DNA of 45,307 nucleotides from Verrucomicrobia bacterium GWF2_51_19 (GTDB lineage Bacteria; Verrucomicrobiota; Verrucomicrobiia; Opitutales; UBA12508), in the NCBI GenBank assembly GCA_001831095.1, contig MIDP01000001.1:1-45307 (forward strand), in the 5' to 3' direction. Below, one piece after another: positions 1 to 8,947 of this stretch; positions within the stretch are counted from its first letter, which is position 1, and each line of letters opens with the position of its first letter. The position numbers and the translations under genes are program-made. A model generated the notes under the pieces. That model was given only the letters and a program-made list of their open reading frames with translations, did no database searches and was not told the origin of the DNA.

Positions 1-97
1 GGCGTTCTCGTCGTTCGGGCTAAGTCACCTACCTTAAAGTAGGCTCCTGTCGCCCTCGCTCCTCGGGCCTTGCTATAGAGCCATTTGACATCGGTCG
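1..97 (-). repeat. family A palindromic element, copy A1 (cut by window edge)
   Basis: The minus strand carries core GGAG-cctac-tttaag-gtagg-TGA. The arm agccatttgacatcggtcg ends at 97, directly against the stop codon at 98..100. Confidence 0.9.
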
Positions 98-1279
98 TTA
101 ATCCGTACAGAGCTGATCCAAATACCGCTGGAGGCCCACAACTTGGATGTCGTGTGCCAGAGGGAAAGTGTCTGATCCAGGAATAATCACAATGAGCGAA
201 TCTAGCTTTAACGCTTCTTTGGCGATTTTCATAGATGGGGTGATTTTGGGTGTTGACGAAAACTTGATTTCAAAACCGAGCCGTTGATCTTTCTGTATAA
301 GTAAGTCCAATTCTGCGCCGCTATGCGTTCCCCAAAAGTAACAATCTTCACTGTCGGCTTCATGGGCCCGAAGGATCTCTTCTATGGCAAGCCCTTCCCA
401 GAACAGGCCGAGCTTGGGGTGCCCCCATAAGTTTTCCTTCGTGCTGATGCCCGTGAAAATGTTTAACAGACCGGTGTCGCGGAAATAGACCTTGGGCGCT
501 TTTATTTGACGTTTGCTGATATTGTGATCGTAAAAGGCCTTCAGTTGGCGGACCATAAAAGTGTCGGTGAGTAGGTCTAAATAATGCCGCATCGTTGTGT
601 CTGAAAACCCGAGCGATCGACCGATTTCAGAGGCATTGAAGGTCGACGCATGATAGTGAGCGAGCATTGTCCAGAAGCGTCTCAGTGTTGCAGCTGGTAC
701 TTGGAGGCCCATAAGCGGGATGTCTCGTTCCAGGTATGTTTTGACAAACTCCTTACGCCAGTCCAAGCTTTCTTCCAGGCTATGGCTGAGGAAAGACCGT
801 GGATACCCGCCTCGCAGCCACAAAGTGTCTAAATCTTTTGTTTCCGTATAGCCAAAGGGCGTCAACTCCACGTAGGCAATCCTTCCGGCTAAGGTCTCCG
901 ATGTCTGTTTTAACAAGGTTTGCGAAGCACTGCCCAAGATTAGGTACCGTTGCTTGTCTTTTGTGTCGACCAAGAACCGCAAAAGAGGGAAGAGTTCTGG
1001 TTTTCGCTGAATTTCGTCGATGACGATGAGCCCCTCTAAATCTTGTAATGCCAATTTTGGATCGTCCAACCTAGCTAACGCGGTCGGATCTTCGAGATCA
1101 AAGTAGTGAACCTGGCTCTTGATATCGCTCAAATACATCTTGGCCAATGTCGTCTTGCCGCATTGCCTAGGACCGAGTAGAGCCACAACAGGGTGTGTTT
1201 TAAAGAGACGCTGTACTCGTCTGATTTTTCCTTGTCTTAAGAGTGGCCTGCTGTTGGGCCTTGAAAATTCGGTTTCCAT
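98..1279 (-). CDS. AAA+ ATPase of AAA_14/DUF4143 type with C-terminal nuclease-like D..ExK motif (paralog 1 of 4)
   Basis: ORF 98..1348. Walker A GPRQCGKTT, Walker B-like LIVIDEIQ, TYLERDI segment, C-terminal ELDLL-x-FEIK. Start moved to ATG at 1279 (METEFS...), which leaves a family-typical N-terminus. Confidence 0.85.
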   Translation of the reverse strand: METEFSRPNSRPLLRQGKIRRVQRLFKTHPVVALLGPRQCGKTTLAKMYLSDIKSQVHYFDLEDPTALARLDDPKLALQDLEGLIVIDEIQRKPELFPLLRFLVDTKDKQRYLILGSASQTLLKQTSETLAGRIAYVELTPFGYTETKDLDTLWLRGGYPRSFLSHSLEESLDWRKEFVKTYLERDIPLMGLQVPAATLRRFWTMLAHYHASTFNASEIGRSLGFSDTTMRHYLDLLTDTFMVRQLKAFYDHNISKRQIKAPKVYFRDTGLLNIFTGISTKENLWGHPKLGLFWEGLAIEEILRAHEADSEDCYFWGTHSGAELDLLIQKDQRLGFEIKFSSTPKITPSMKIAKEALKLDSLIVIIPGSDTFPLAHDIQVVGLQRYLDQLCTD

Positions 1280-1491
1280 GGCTGAAATTTCAACATACAC
1301 ATAGGAAAATGTCAATCCAGAAAGAAGTTGTGCCTTCGCAAGGCCCAATGCAAAATGCAGTCATCTGGCGACAAGCAAAAGTTTTGCAGATTTGAATTGC
1401 ATTTTGGCAAAAAACGGTATGCTTGTAAGGAGACTATCAAACCCCTACCCTATCATGCTTTTGTACTTTCAGGGGACAGCTTCTACGACTC

Positions 1492-2889
1492 ATGTTTTCC
1501 TGGCCATTAAATAAAAAAGACACCACCTCCATTCAATTGACCGATTTAAATCGCCATCAAGATATCGGAGCCAATTGCTTGTTGCTTAAAATGGGGCCGT
1601 TTACGGTCGTCGTCGACGCAGGCCTGCATCCAAAAAAGACAGGGCACAAGAGCACGCCAGACTTTTCTAAAATCGATGATTTTTCTGTCGACTACATCTG
1701 CATCACGCACTGTCACCTCGATCACATCGGTTCGCTGCCCATTTTGGCCCGCACGCAGCCACAGGCAAAGATCATTTTGACGTCGCCGTCCAAGGAAATT
1801 TTGCCCCGCATGCTGAACAACTCGCACAGCGTCATGTTGCGGCAGCGCGAGGAATTGGGCATCAACGAATACCCGCTGTACACGCGGACAGAAATCGAGT
1901 ACCTCGAACAACGCTATTTCCCTCTCTTGTTTCAAAAGCCACACGTGTTTGAAAAAAACGGCGAAAAACTCGAGATCACGCTCTATTCGGCTGGCCACAT
2001 TCTGGGCGCCTGCGGCTTTCTCTTTAAGTACAAGCACCGCTCACTCTTTGTCACAGGGGACGTCCTCTTTCGCAACCAAAAGACACTTAAAGGGGCTTCT
2101 TTCCCGAAAATCAAGGTCGACACGCTCGTCATGGAGACGACACGCGGCCTCACCGAGACGGCCGATGCGACGGCCGATGACGAAATGCGGCGCCTCGTCG
2201 ACGTCATTAACCACACGCTCGATCGCGGCGGATCTTGCCTGATTCCCGTGTTCGCGCTCGGTCGCATGCAAGAGATTCTCTTCATTCTCCACGAGGCTAG
2301 GCGTAACAAAAAACTCAAAAACGCTCCCATTTTCTGTTCGGGATTGGGCGTGTCATTGATCGAGGTGTTTGATGAAGTTTCGCGCAAGACGGGCCTCGTT
2401 AACTTTCATAAAAAGATCCTGCAGGACCTCAACGCCAAACCCTTACCCAAGGAGACTTACGAGGGAGGAACCTTACCTGATAAGCCATCTATCTACGTTG
2501 TGAGCAGCGGCATGGTCATCGAAAACACGCCCTCTTACATGGTTGCGGCGGCACTCCTCGGTTCGAAGCAAAACAGCATCTGCTTTGTCGGCTATTGTGA
2601 CCCGGAAACGCCCGGCGGAAAACTCCTCGTCTGCGAGCACAACGAGCCCTTTTTCTTCGAGACCATTCCAACGGAAATCCACGCCCGGGCCGCCATCGAG
2701 CGCTTTGAACTCAGTGGACATGCCAACCGCGAAGAGCTCCTCCAGCTCGTCTACGACATGGACCCCCGTACGGTCGTCCTGTACCACGGCGACGAAGAGG
2801 CCCGCGAATGGGTCTTCGATGAACTCGTCGACCAACACCCCAATTTGCAAGTCATCAACCCAACCCCAGGTGACCCAGTGGCGCTTTAA
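1492..2889 (+). CDS. MBL-fold beta-CASP family hydrolase (RNA/DNA-processing nuclease-like)
   Basis: 465-aa ORF with metallo-beta-lactamase motif HCHLDHIGSLP, and later SGH and YHGD motifs typical of beta-CASP/CPSF-like enzymes. Confidence 0.85.
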   Translation: MFSWPLNKKDTTSIQLTDLNRHQDIGANCLLLKMGPFTVVVDAGLHPKKTGHKSTPDFSKIDDFSVDYICITHCHLDHIGSLPILARTQPQAKIILTSPSKEILPRMLNNSHSVMLRQREELGINEYPLYTRTEIEYLEQRYFPLLFQKPHVFEKNGEKLEITLYSAGHILGACGFLFKYKHRSLFVTGDVLFRNQKTLKGASFPKIKVDTLVMETTRGLTETADATADDEMRRLVDVINHTLDRGGSCLIPVFALGRMQEILFILHEARRNKKLKNAPIFCSGLGVSLIEVFDEVSRKTGLVNFHKKILQDLNAKPLPKETYEGGTLPDKPSIYVVSSGMVIENTPSYMVAAALLGSKQNSICFVGYCDPETPGGKLLVCEHNEPFFFETIPTEIHARAAIERFELSGHANREELLQLVYDMDPRTVVLYHGDEEAREWVFDELVDQHPNLQVINPTPGDPVAL

Positions 2890-4040
2890 ACCCTCCACAG
2901 CGGCTGATTGGGGGTGAGGTTTTGCAAAAAGTGTTCGCAGGGCAGGTAGAGAATGTTGCCTTGTTTTAAAATCTCATGGCCTCGATAGAGAATGGCCAAT
3001 TGCGCCATTGGGTAGTCGTGGGCAAAGGCTTTGAGACCACGCTGGTCTTCAGGGCGGACTTTTTGCGTGCTCTTCACTTCAAAGGCCCATAAGCCGCTCT
3101 CTCCATAGATGACGAAATCCACCTCTAACTGGGCCCGTGTTTGCCAAAAATAGACCTTGTTGGGGACGTCGGTGTAGTCGCACCAGGCATGTAGGTGTTG
3201 AAAAATGAGCCCTTCTAGCGCGGCTCCTTCGATTTCTGAAACGCTGTCCAGCGGCCCAGTTGGCCGTATCGATCGGAAAATGCCTGTGTCGAAAAAATAA
3301 AACTTTTCCTGGTGTGATAAGAGCCGTTGCGCCCGTTTTGTAAAAACCGACAGGCGATGTCCAAGCAGTAGGTCTTCTAAAATAGAGACATAGGATTCGA
3401 CGCGTTTTCGTTCGACGGCGCAGTCCCGGGCGATGGATGCCAAATTCAAGGTGCTTCCATGTGAAAAAGAGATCGATTCCAAAAAGCGGCTGAAATCGCC
3501 AATATGGCGCGTCAAGCCCTCCATTTGAATTTCTTCGCGAAGGTAGAGACCTGCATAGGCGTTTCTTTTCTCAATGGGTGATACGGCGCCCCAGACGAGG
3601 GGTAACATGCCCCAGTTTAGGCCTTTTTCGATCGAAAAAGCTTTACCGAGTTCGGCTGCCATGAACGGATGCATGCGCTTATTGAGCGCCCGCCCGCCCA
3701 GCAGGTTCATGCCGCCTTGACGCAGTTTCCGCGGGCTCGAGCCCGTTAGCGCAAATTGCAGGGTCTTGTCTTTTTCGATCAGCAGATGGACAGCATTCAA
3801 AATCGTAGGCACCTTTTGCACCTCATCGATGATGAAGGTTTTTCTAGCAGTCCCCGCCTGCACTTCCAGCAGACGCTCGGGATGGCTCGCGTAGATCCGG
3901 AAGGTCGCTTCGTCCAGCAGGTCGATATAGACGGCATCAGCCATTTCCTTGCGACACCACAAAGACTTGCCTGTCCCGCGTGGACCCAATAGGAAAAAGC
4001 TGTCGGCTGGTTGTTTGAAAAGTCGCCTGATGTTGTTCAT
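2886..4040 (-). CDS. AAA+ ATPase of AAA_14/DUF4143 type with C-terminal D..ExK motif (paralog 2 of 4)
   Basis: C-terminal 384 aa of ORF 2886..4676, starting at ATG 4040 (MNNIRRLFKQP). Walker A GPRGTGKS, IIDEVQ, LYLREEI segment, EVDFV-x-FEVK. The part upstream of 4040 is antisense to mnmE and to a repeat array. Confidence 0.85.
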   Translation of the reverse strand: MNNIRRLFKQPADSFFLLGPRGTGKSLWCRKEMADAVYIDLLDEATFRIYASHPERLLEVQAGTARKTFIIDEVQKVPTILNAVHLLIEKDKTLQFALTGSSPRKLRQGGMNLLGGRALNKRMHPFMAAELGKAFSIEKGLNWGMLPLVWGAVSPIEKRNAYAGLYLREEIQMEGLTRHIGDFSRFLESISFSHGSTLNLASIARDCAVERKRVESYVSILEDLLLGHRLSVFTKRAQRLLSHQEKFYFFDTGIFRSIRPTGPLDSVSEIEGAALEGLIFQHLHAWCDYTDVPNKVYFWQTRAQLEVDFVIYGESGLWAFEVKSTQKVRPEDQRGLKAFAHDYPMAQLAILYRGHEILKQGNILYLPCEHFLQNLTPNQPLWRV

Positions 4041-4069
4041 GGTTTTGACATTCAATATGGCGAGACAAA

Positions 4070-4197
4070 CTCCATTTTGCAAGTCAAAACGGAGTTGATA
4101 TCTCCATTTTGCAATGCAATTTGGAGATCGAAACTCCATTTTGCAATGCAATTTGGAGTCGCAACCTCCATTTTGCAACAACCTCCACTTTTTTATG
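4070..4197 (+). repeat. tandem array, 4 units of exactly 32 bp, each starting CTCCATTTTGCAA
   Basis: The motif starts at 4070, 4102, 4134 and 4166. Units 2 and 3 are nearly identical imperfect palindromes (ctccattttgcaatgcaatttggag). The array lies in the divergent gap between ATPase paralog 2 and mnmE. Confidence 0.9.
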
Positions 4198-4265
4198 CTT
4201 TTGAGTGGCCAAGGTGGGCATTGTGTATTGTATTGAGAACTATGAAAAATGATGGAAAAGAACGC

Positions 4266-5630
4266 ATGCCGTATGACCATCCGGGGGCGTCTTTTTGCGC
4301 TTTGTCGACGCCTCCGGGGGAGTCGGCTATCGGCGTCATTCGCGCCAATGGTCCGCTTGCAGAGGCGTTGGCGGTGTCGCTCGCGAAAGTCCCCTACCCT
4401 ACTCCGCGGCACGCCTATTTTTGCGATTACGTCGCTGTCGATGGCAAGGTGCTCGACGTCATTATTCTGACTTATTTTGAGGCCGGCAAATCCTATACCG
4501 GCGATGCCTTGGTCGAGTTGGCTTGCCACGGCAATCCGCTCATTTTGCAAAAAGTGCTGGAGGACCTCTTTAAGCGCGGGTTTCGGCTTGCAGAGCCAGG
4601 CGAATTCACGCGTACGGCCTTTCTCAATGGCAAAATGGACCTCTGTCAGGCCGAGGCCGTGGCGGAATTGATTCACGCCCGCAGCGAAAAGGCACTACAC
4701 ATTGCCGAACGTCAGCTCAAAGGGGGTATCAGCGCGCATTACCACTCGATTCTCGACGCCCTAATGGCTGCCATTGCGCACCTGGAGGCCTACATCGATT
4801 TTCCCGAGGAAGACCTGCCGTCAGAGGACGCACAGGGGCCATTGCGCGACATCGCGTTTTGCCTGAGTAAAGTGAAAAAGATGCTGGCCACGCGGCATTA
4901 CAGCGCCCTCCTTCATGAAGGCGTTAAAACGGTCATCTTTGGCGCTCCCAATGCGGGAAAGAGCAGCCTCCTCAATGCCTTCCTGGGTGAGGACCGTGCC
5001 CTCGTTAGTCCCGAGCCAGGCACCACGCGCGACTTTCTAGCGGAACGCATTTTGGTGGGTCCGCACGCGCTCCGCATCATCGACACGGCTGGCCTTCATA
5101 CGCCGACTTCAAAGATTGAGCGTTGTGGCATCGAAAAGACTTTTTTAAAGATAGACGAGGCCGATCTCTGCCTGTTTGTCGTTGACGCGACACGCCCCTA
5201 CCCTGCTTTTGATGCGGCTCTGTGGGCGGCGCTCGCACATAAACACGTCTTGTTGGTTCTCAATAAGACCGACCTCATGCCCCCACCCTATCCCACCGCA
5301 GCGCCCTGGAATGCTCTCCCCTGCTTGCCGATCTCCGCAAAGACAGGCGACGGTATCGACGCACTTAAACGGGCCATTCTCGACGCGGTTGAGGCGGAAG
5401 ACCTTTCTGAGGACGAAGACCTCATTATCTGCATTAGACACGCCCGTGCGCTCGAGCAGGCTGAAACGGCCCTTGCGGATGCATTCGCTAAGCTCAAGGA
5501 CGGGGCGCCAGTGGAGCTCGCTGTCTGCGATTTGCGATTTGCGCTTGATTGCATCGGGGGGATTTTGGGCAAGGTGGACAATGAGGTCATTTTGGGCCTT
5601 ATTTTTTCAAAATTTTGCATAGGGAAGTGA
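4266..5630 (+). CDS. mnmE: tRNA modification GTPase MnmE
   Basis: N-terminal ALSTPPGESAIGVIRANGP, G-domain GAPNAGKSSLLN / DTAG / NKTD, canonical C-terminal FCIGK. Start chosen at ATG 4266 by N-terminal length. ATG 4242 is an alternative. Confidence 0.9.
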   Translation: MPYDHPGASFCALSTPPGESAIGVIRANGPLAEALAVSLAKVPYPTPRHAYFCDYVAVDGKVLDVIILTYFEAGKSYTGDALVELACHGNPLILQKVLEDLFKRGFRLAEPGEFTRTAFLNGKMDLCQAEAVAELIHARSEKALHIAERQLKGGISAHYHSILDALMAAIAHLEAYIDFPEEDLPSEDAQGPLRDIAFCLSKVKKMLATRHYSALLHEGVKTVIFGAPNAGKSSLLNAFLGEDRALVSPEPGTTRDFLAERILVGPHALRIIDTAGLHTPTSKIERCGIEKTFLKIDEADLCLFVVDATRPYPAFDAALWAALAHKHVLLVLNKTDLMPPPYPTAAPWNALPCLPISAKTGDGIDALKRAILDAVEAEDLSEDEDLIICIRHARALEQAETALADAFAKLKDGAPVELAVCDLRFALDCIGGILGKVDNEVILGLIFSKFCIGK

Positions 5631-5656
5631 GATGAGGCATGAATAGCAACGACCCA

Positions 5657-5776
5657 AGATCGACTCAAAATGGCTCTATAGCAAGGCCCGAGGAGCGAGG
5701 GCGACAGGAGCCTACTGACGTAGGTGACTTAGCTCGAACGACGAGAACGCCGCTAGAGGCCATTTTGAGTCGATCT
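5657..5776 (+). repeat. family A palindromic element, copy A2
   Basis: Perfect 18-bp arms 5657..5674 / 5759..5776. Core GGAG-cctac-tgac-gtagg-TGA. Confidence 0.95.
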
Positions 5777-7603
5777 TCTTATGATGTGATTGTCTGTGGA
5801 GCAGGCCATGCCGGCTGCGAGGCTGCTCTGGCGGCTGCGCGCATGGGCGCTCGTACGCTCTTGCTTACGGGCAACCTCGATACAATCGCCCAAATGAGTT
5901 GCAATCCGGCCATCGGCGGTCAAGCCAAGGGCCACATCGTTCGCGAAGTCGACGCACTGGGCGGTGAAATGGCCGTCAATACCGACTTTACTGCCATTCA
6001 ATTTCGTTTACTGAATCGCTCAAAGGGCCTCGCCGTTCAGGCTCCGCGCGCGCAATGCGACAAAAAGGCCTATCAGTTTCGCATGAAGCAGACGCTAGAG
6101 ATGCAGCCCAATTTGCACGTCTTTCAGGCCGAAGTGACGGGCTTGATCCTGCGGGATGGTGCCGTTGCGGGTGTCGAGACGAACCTGGGTTGTGCCTTCA
6201 AGGGCAAGACGGTGATTTTGACAACGGGCACTTTTTTAAAGGGTATTATGTTTGTCGGCGATGCGACTGTCGAAGGTGGCCGCATGGGGGATTTTGCCGC
6301 AAAGAGGCTGTCGAAGTCGCTTTTGGACAGCGGTATTCAGCTGGAGCGTCTCAAGACGGGGACTCCGGCGCGCATATTGGGCCGCAGCATTGACTTTTCT
6401 GTCTGCGAGGAGCAGAAGTCTGATTCCGAGCCAACGCTGTTTGCGTTTTACGACACTCGCGAAGAGATGTTCCACGTGGAACAATTGGGTGAAAACAGGG
6501 TGGGGTGGGGGCCCAACACGCGTAGCACCTCCTGTTGGATGACGTATACCAATGATCAAACAGAGGCCGTTATTCAGGCCAATTTGCGCCGATCCGCCAT
6601 GTACGGTGGTAAGATCGAGGGAGTTGGCCCGCGTTACTGTCCGAGTATTGAAGACAAGATTGTTCGCTTCAGCGATAAGGAGCGCCACCGGCTGTTTCTC
6701 GAGCCAGAGGGCATTCATACCGACGAGTGGTATATCAACGGCCTCTCCACGAGTATGCCAATGGAGGTCCAGGAGGCCATTATCCGCACCATTCCTGGAC
6801 TCGAGCAGGCGATTATTACACGTCCAGCCTATGCCGTTGAGTACGATTACGCGCCGCCAACGCAATTGCAGCCCTCGCTGGAATCAAAGTCGATAGGGGG
6901 GCTCTTTTGCGCGGGTCAAATTAACGGAACTTCGGGTTACGAAGAGGCTGCCTGCCAGGGCCTCGTTGCGGGTGTCAATGCTGCTGCTAAATGCCTCGGG
7001 CTGTCGGAGCTCGTTATCGGTCGAGAAGAAGCCTATACGGGTGTCCTTATCGACGACCTCGTCACCAAGGGCACGCAAGAGCCTTACCGCATGTTCACCA
7101 GTCGCGCCGAATACCGCCTCCTTCTCAATCACAACAGCGCTGAACTCCGTTTGATCGACAAGGCCGCCCAGTACAATCTTTTGCCCGAAGCTCGCGTGAC
7201 CGCCATTCGACAAAAAAAGGCCGCCATCGAGCATTGGGTGAGTCGGTTTGAGGGCACGGGTCTCGACGCCCGCGGGACGCTCGCTGACGCCCTCCGTCGC
7301 AACCTTCAAGTCGAGCTCCCCTATGCATTCCAGGCTCTCTCGGGTGCCATTCGCGAGGAAGTTCTCTATCGCGTTCTCTACCGCGGTTACCTCGAAAAAG
7401 ACTTTGCCCACATTGCCAAAATGAAGGCGATTGACGCCGTCCGCATTCCATCCGACTTCAATTACGAAACACTCAAGGGCCTCCGCAACGAGAGCCTCCA
7501 AAAACTCAAGAAGATCCGGCCCCAAACCCTCGGCCAAGCCAGCCGAATCAGCGGCATCAACCCGGCCGACGTCAGCGTCCTTCTGGTCTATCTGCGGAAG
7601 TAG
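5765..7603 (+). CDS. mnmG: tRNA uridine 5-carboxymethylaminomethyl modification enzyme MnmG (GidA)
   Basis: YDVIVCGAGHAGCEAA FAD-binding N-terminus and full-length MnmG-like sequence. TTG 5765 is preceded by AGAGG. The ORF is also open from ATG 5639, but that extension is made of repeat element A2. Confidence 0.88.
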   Translation: MSRSSYDVIVCGAGHAGCEAALAAARMGARTLLLTGNLDTIAQMSCNPAIGGQAKGHIVREVDALGGEMAVNTDFTAIQFRLLNRSKGLAVQAPRAQCDKKAYQFRMKQTLEMQPNLHVFQAEVTGLILRDGAVAGVETNLGCAFKGKTVILTTGTFLKGIMFVGDATVEGGRMGDFAAKRLSKSLLDSGIQLERLKTGTPARILGRSIDFSVCEEQKSDSEPTLFAFYDTREEMFHVEQLGENRVGWGPNTRSTSCWMTYTNDQTEAVIQANLRRSAMYGGKIEGVGPRYCPSIEDKIVRFSDKERHRLFLEPEGIHTDEWYINGLSTSMPMEVQEAIIRTIPGLEQAIITRPAYAVEYDYAPPTQLQPSLESKSIGGLFCAGQINGTSGYEEAACQGLVAGVNAAAKCLGLSELVIGREEAYTGVLIDDLVTKGTQEPYRMFTSRAEYRLLLNHNSAELRLIDKAAQYNLLPEARVTAIRQKKAAIEHWVSRFEGTGLDARGTLADALRRNLQVELPYAFQALSGAIREEVLYRVLYRGYLEKDFAHIAKMKAIDAVRIPSDFNYETLKGLRNESLQKLKKIRPQTLGQASRISGINPADVSVLLVYLRK

Positions 7604-7633
7604 GGTGGGTGTCAGTTGTTCTGTGTGCCATGG

Positions 7634-8461
7634 TTAAGTTTTTTTGAAAGGATATATTGTAATAAATTTCGAGTATTTGAGTGAAATGTCCGATGCGTTT
7701 TTCTCGACAAACAGTAAAAAGACAACCGTGATCCAGTGTAATTTTGCGCCGTCAAGGTTTCTCGCTGTGCGGCCTAATTCTGGGCCTAAGGCTTTTTCTG
7801 TATCGGAAGAAAGGTTGTTTATCAATGCACCCATACTTAAGCCGCAACAATCATTGTTCTTTTTGAGCCAGTCGGTCCAGCCTTCGGTGTTGGAAAACCA
7901 CACTCCTCTATCGATCCAGCGTTGTTGATTGTTTTGTACCCAAAGATCCCATTCCCATGGCCAGGCGTTGTCGAGGGCGCGAGCGATTGCCTGGGTCGAA
8001 GGAAAGAGGGGTGACTCTTGCTGGTTTATCGTTTGCTGTAATTCGCAGTAAAACACTAAAGAATAGTCATTTTTGTTTTGTTGGATGTGATATGCGTCGC
8101 TGTTTGCAATGGCATGTAATAAGATATCTAGAATGGCATTGGAGTTATCCTCTTGATCCACTGTCTGTGGAATTAAAAAGCAAGACTTGCGGAGCCCGCC
8201 ATTAGGCCTTCCGCTGTCATCGTGTGTGGAGGCGAGAATGAAATTAAAGCGACTGAAGAGGTTGGTTTGATGATGGCTGGGAATTGTATGAAAGGGTAGG
8301 ATGTGGTCTTTAACACGGTCTTCAGTGTTTTTCTTGCGTTTGTCGATGATATTAAAAGCAAGCTTTTGGGCGGCTTCGATATCGTTTCCTTTAATGAGTT
8401 GGTCGATTGTAACCGCGCTGAGCCAAGTGTGAAAAAATAAGATTATCATTATTGCGCGCAT
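7634..8461 (-). CDS. hypothetical protein with N-terminal signal-like hydrophobic segment
   Basis: 275-aa ORF in a visibly AT-richer stretch. MRAIMIILFFHTWLSA N-terminus. I recognise no family. Confidence 0.5.
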   Translation of the reverse strand: MRAIMIILFFHTWLSAVTIDQLIKGNDIEAAQKLAFNIIDKRKKNTEDRVKDHILPFHTIPSHHQTNLFSRFNFILASTHDDSGRPNGGLRKSCFLIPQTVDQEDNSNAILDILLHAIANSDAYHIQQNKNDYSLVFYCELQQTINQQESPLFPSTQAIARALDNAWPWEWDLWVQNNQQRWIDRGVWFSNTEGWTDWLKKNNDCCGLSMGALINNLSSDTEKALGPELGRTARNLDGAKLHWITVVFLLFVEKNASDISLKYSKFITIYPFKKT

Positions 8462-8512
8462 AGGGTTCCTTCGATCTGGTGCTTGACAAAGGTTTTGTTA
8501 ATAAGTGTGGGC

Positions 8513-8947
8513 TTAATCATTTTGTTGTGTTTCGATCTGACGCTTGTCTATGTATAAATTGTAGTCGTTGACGAAGTCCTGGATTTTTGATTTGGCATCC
8601 TCGTTCTCCTCGAGGTAATCTCCGTAAGATCCAAGAATGTCTTCTTGTGATCCAAACTCCTCGTAGGTCAAAATCCCGATAATAGGACAGAACTCTTTGT
8701 TGCTCTTGATGTAGCGATCGATGTATATTGGTACGTCGTTCGCGTCTTTTGGTTCATGCATATGTTCAGCTCGCTGCCATTCGATGTCTATTGTGCAAAG
8801 CACATCTGACACAGTTAGTGGTCTGCAAATGCTGCCAGCCCACTGCTTGATGAGTTCTGTGCGCGCATCGTCTGGTGTTGCAAGGGCGTAGAAAATGCTC
8901 GTAAGGAAGAAAGCAAGGGGAATGGCGTATGTCAGTGTTTTTTTCAT
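8513..8947 (-). CDS. hypothetical secreted or membrane-anchored protein
   Basis: ORF 8513..9010. Start moved to ATG 8947 (MKKTLTYAIPLAFFLTSIFYALA, signal-peptide-like). I recognise no family. Confidence 0.5.
   Translation of the reverse strand: MKKTLTYAIPLAFFLTSIFYALATPDDARTELIKQWAGSICRPLTVSDVLCTIDIEWQRAEHMHEPKDANDVPIYIDRYIKSNKEFCPIIGILTYEEFGSQEDILGSYGDYLEENEDAKSKIQDFVNDYNLYIDKRQIETQQND

Noticed and set aside
4070-4197. CRISPR array
   Set aside because: The 32-bp units are contiguous with no unique spacers. There are only four units, no cas genes are present, and the other repeats are dispersed rather than regularly spaced.
2886-4676. 596-aa ORF on the minus strand
   Set aside because: Only the C-terminal 384 aa (from ATG 4040) look like a protein, namely the AAA ATPase. 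The N-terminal 212 aa are Arg-rich and low-complexity. They run antisense to the 5' end of mnmE and through the 32-bp repeat array.
5675-5758. Modelling family A as one continuous long hairpin
   Set aside because: Only the outer arms and the 5-bp core stem pair. The two inner segments (gaggagcgagggcgacaggag and cgaacgacgagaacgcc) are both purine-rich on the same strand and are not complementary.
5639-5764. N-terminal 42-codon extension of mnmG from ATG 5639
   Set aside because: The extension consists of repeat element A2. Other A copies do not keep this frame open. The canonical MnmG N-terminus starts right after TTG 5765, which has an SD-like AGAGG. It is kept only as an alternative, in a finding.
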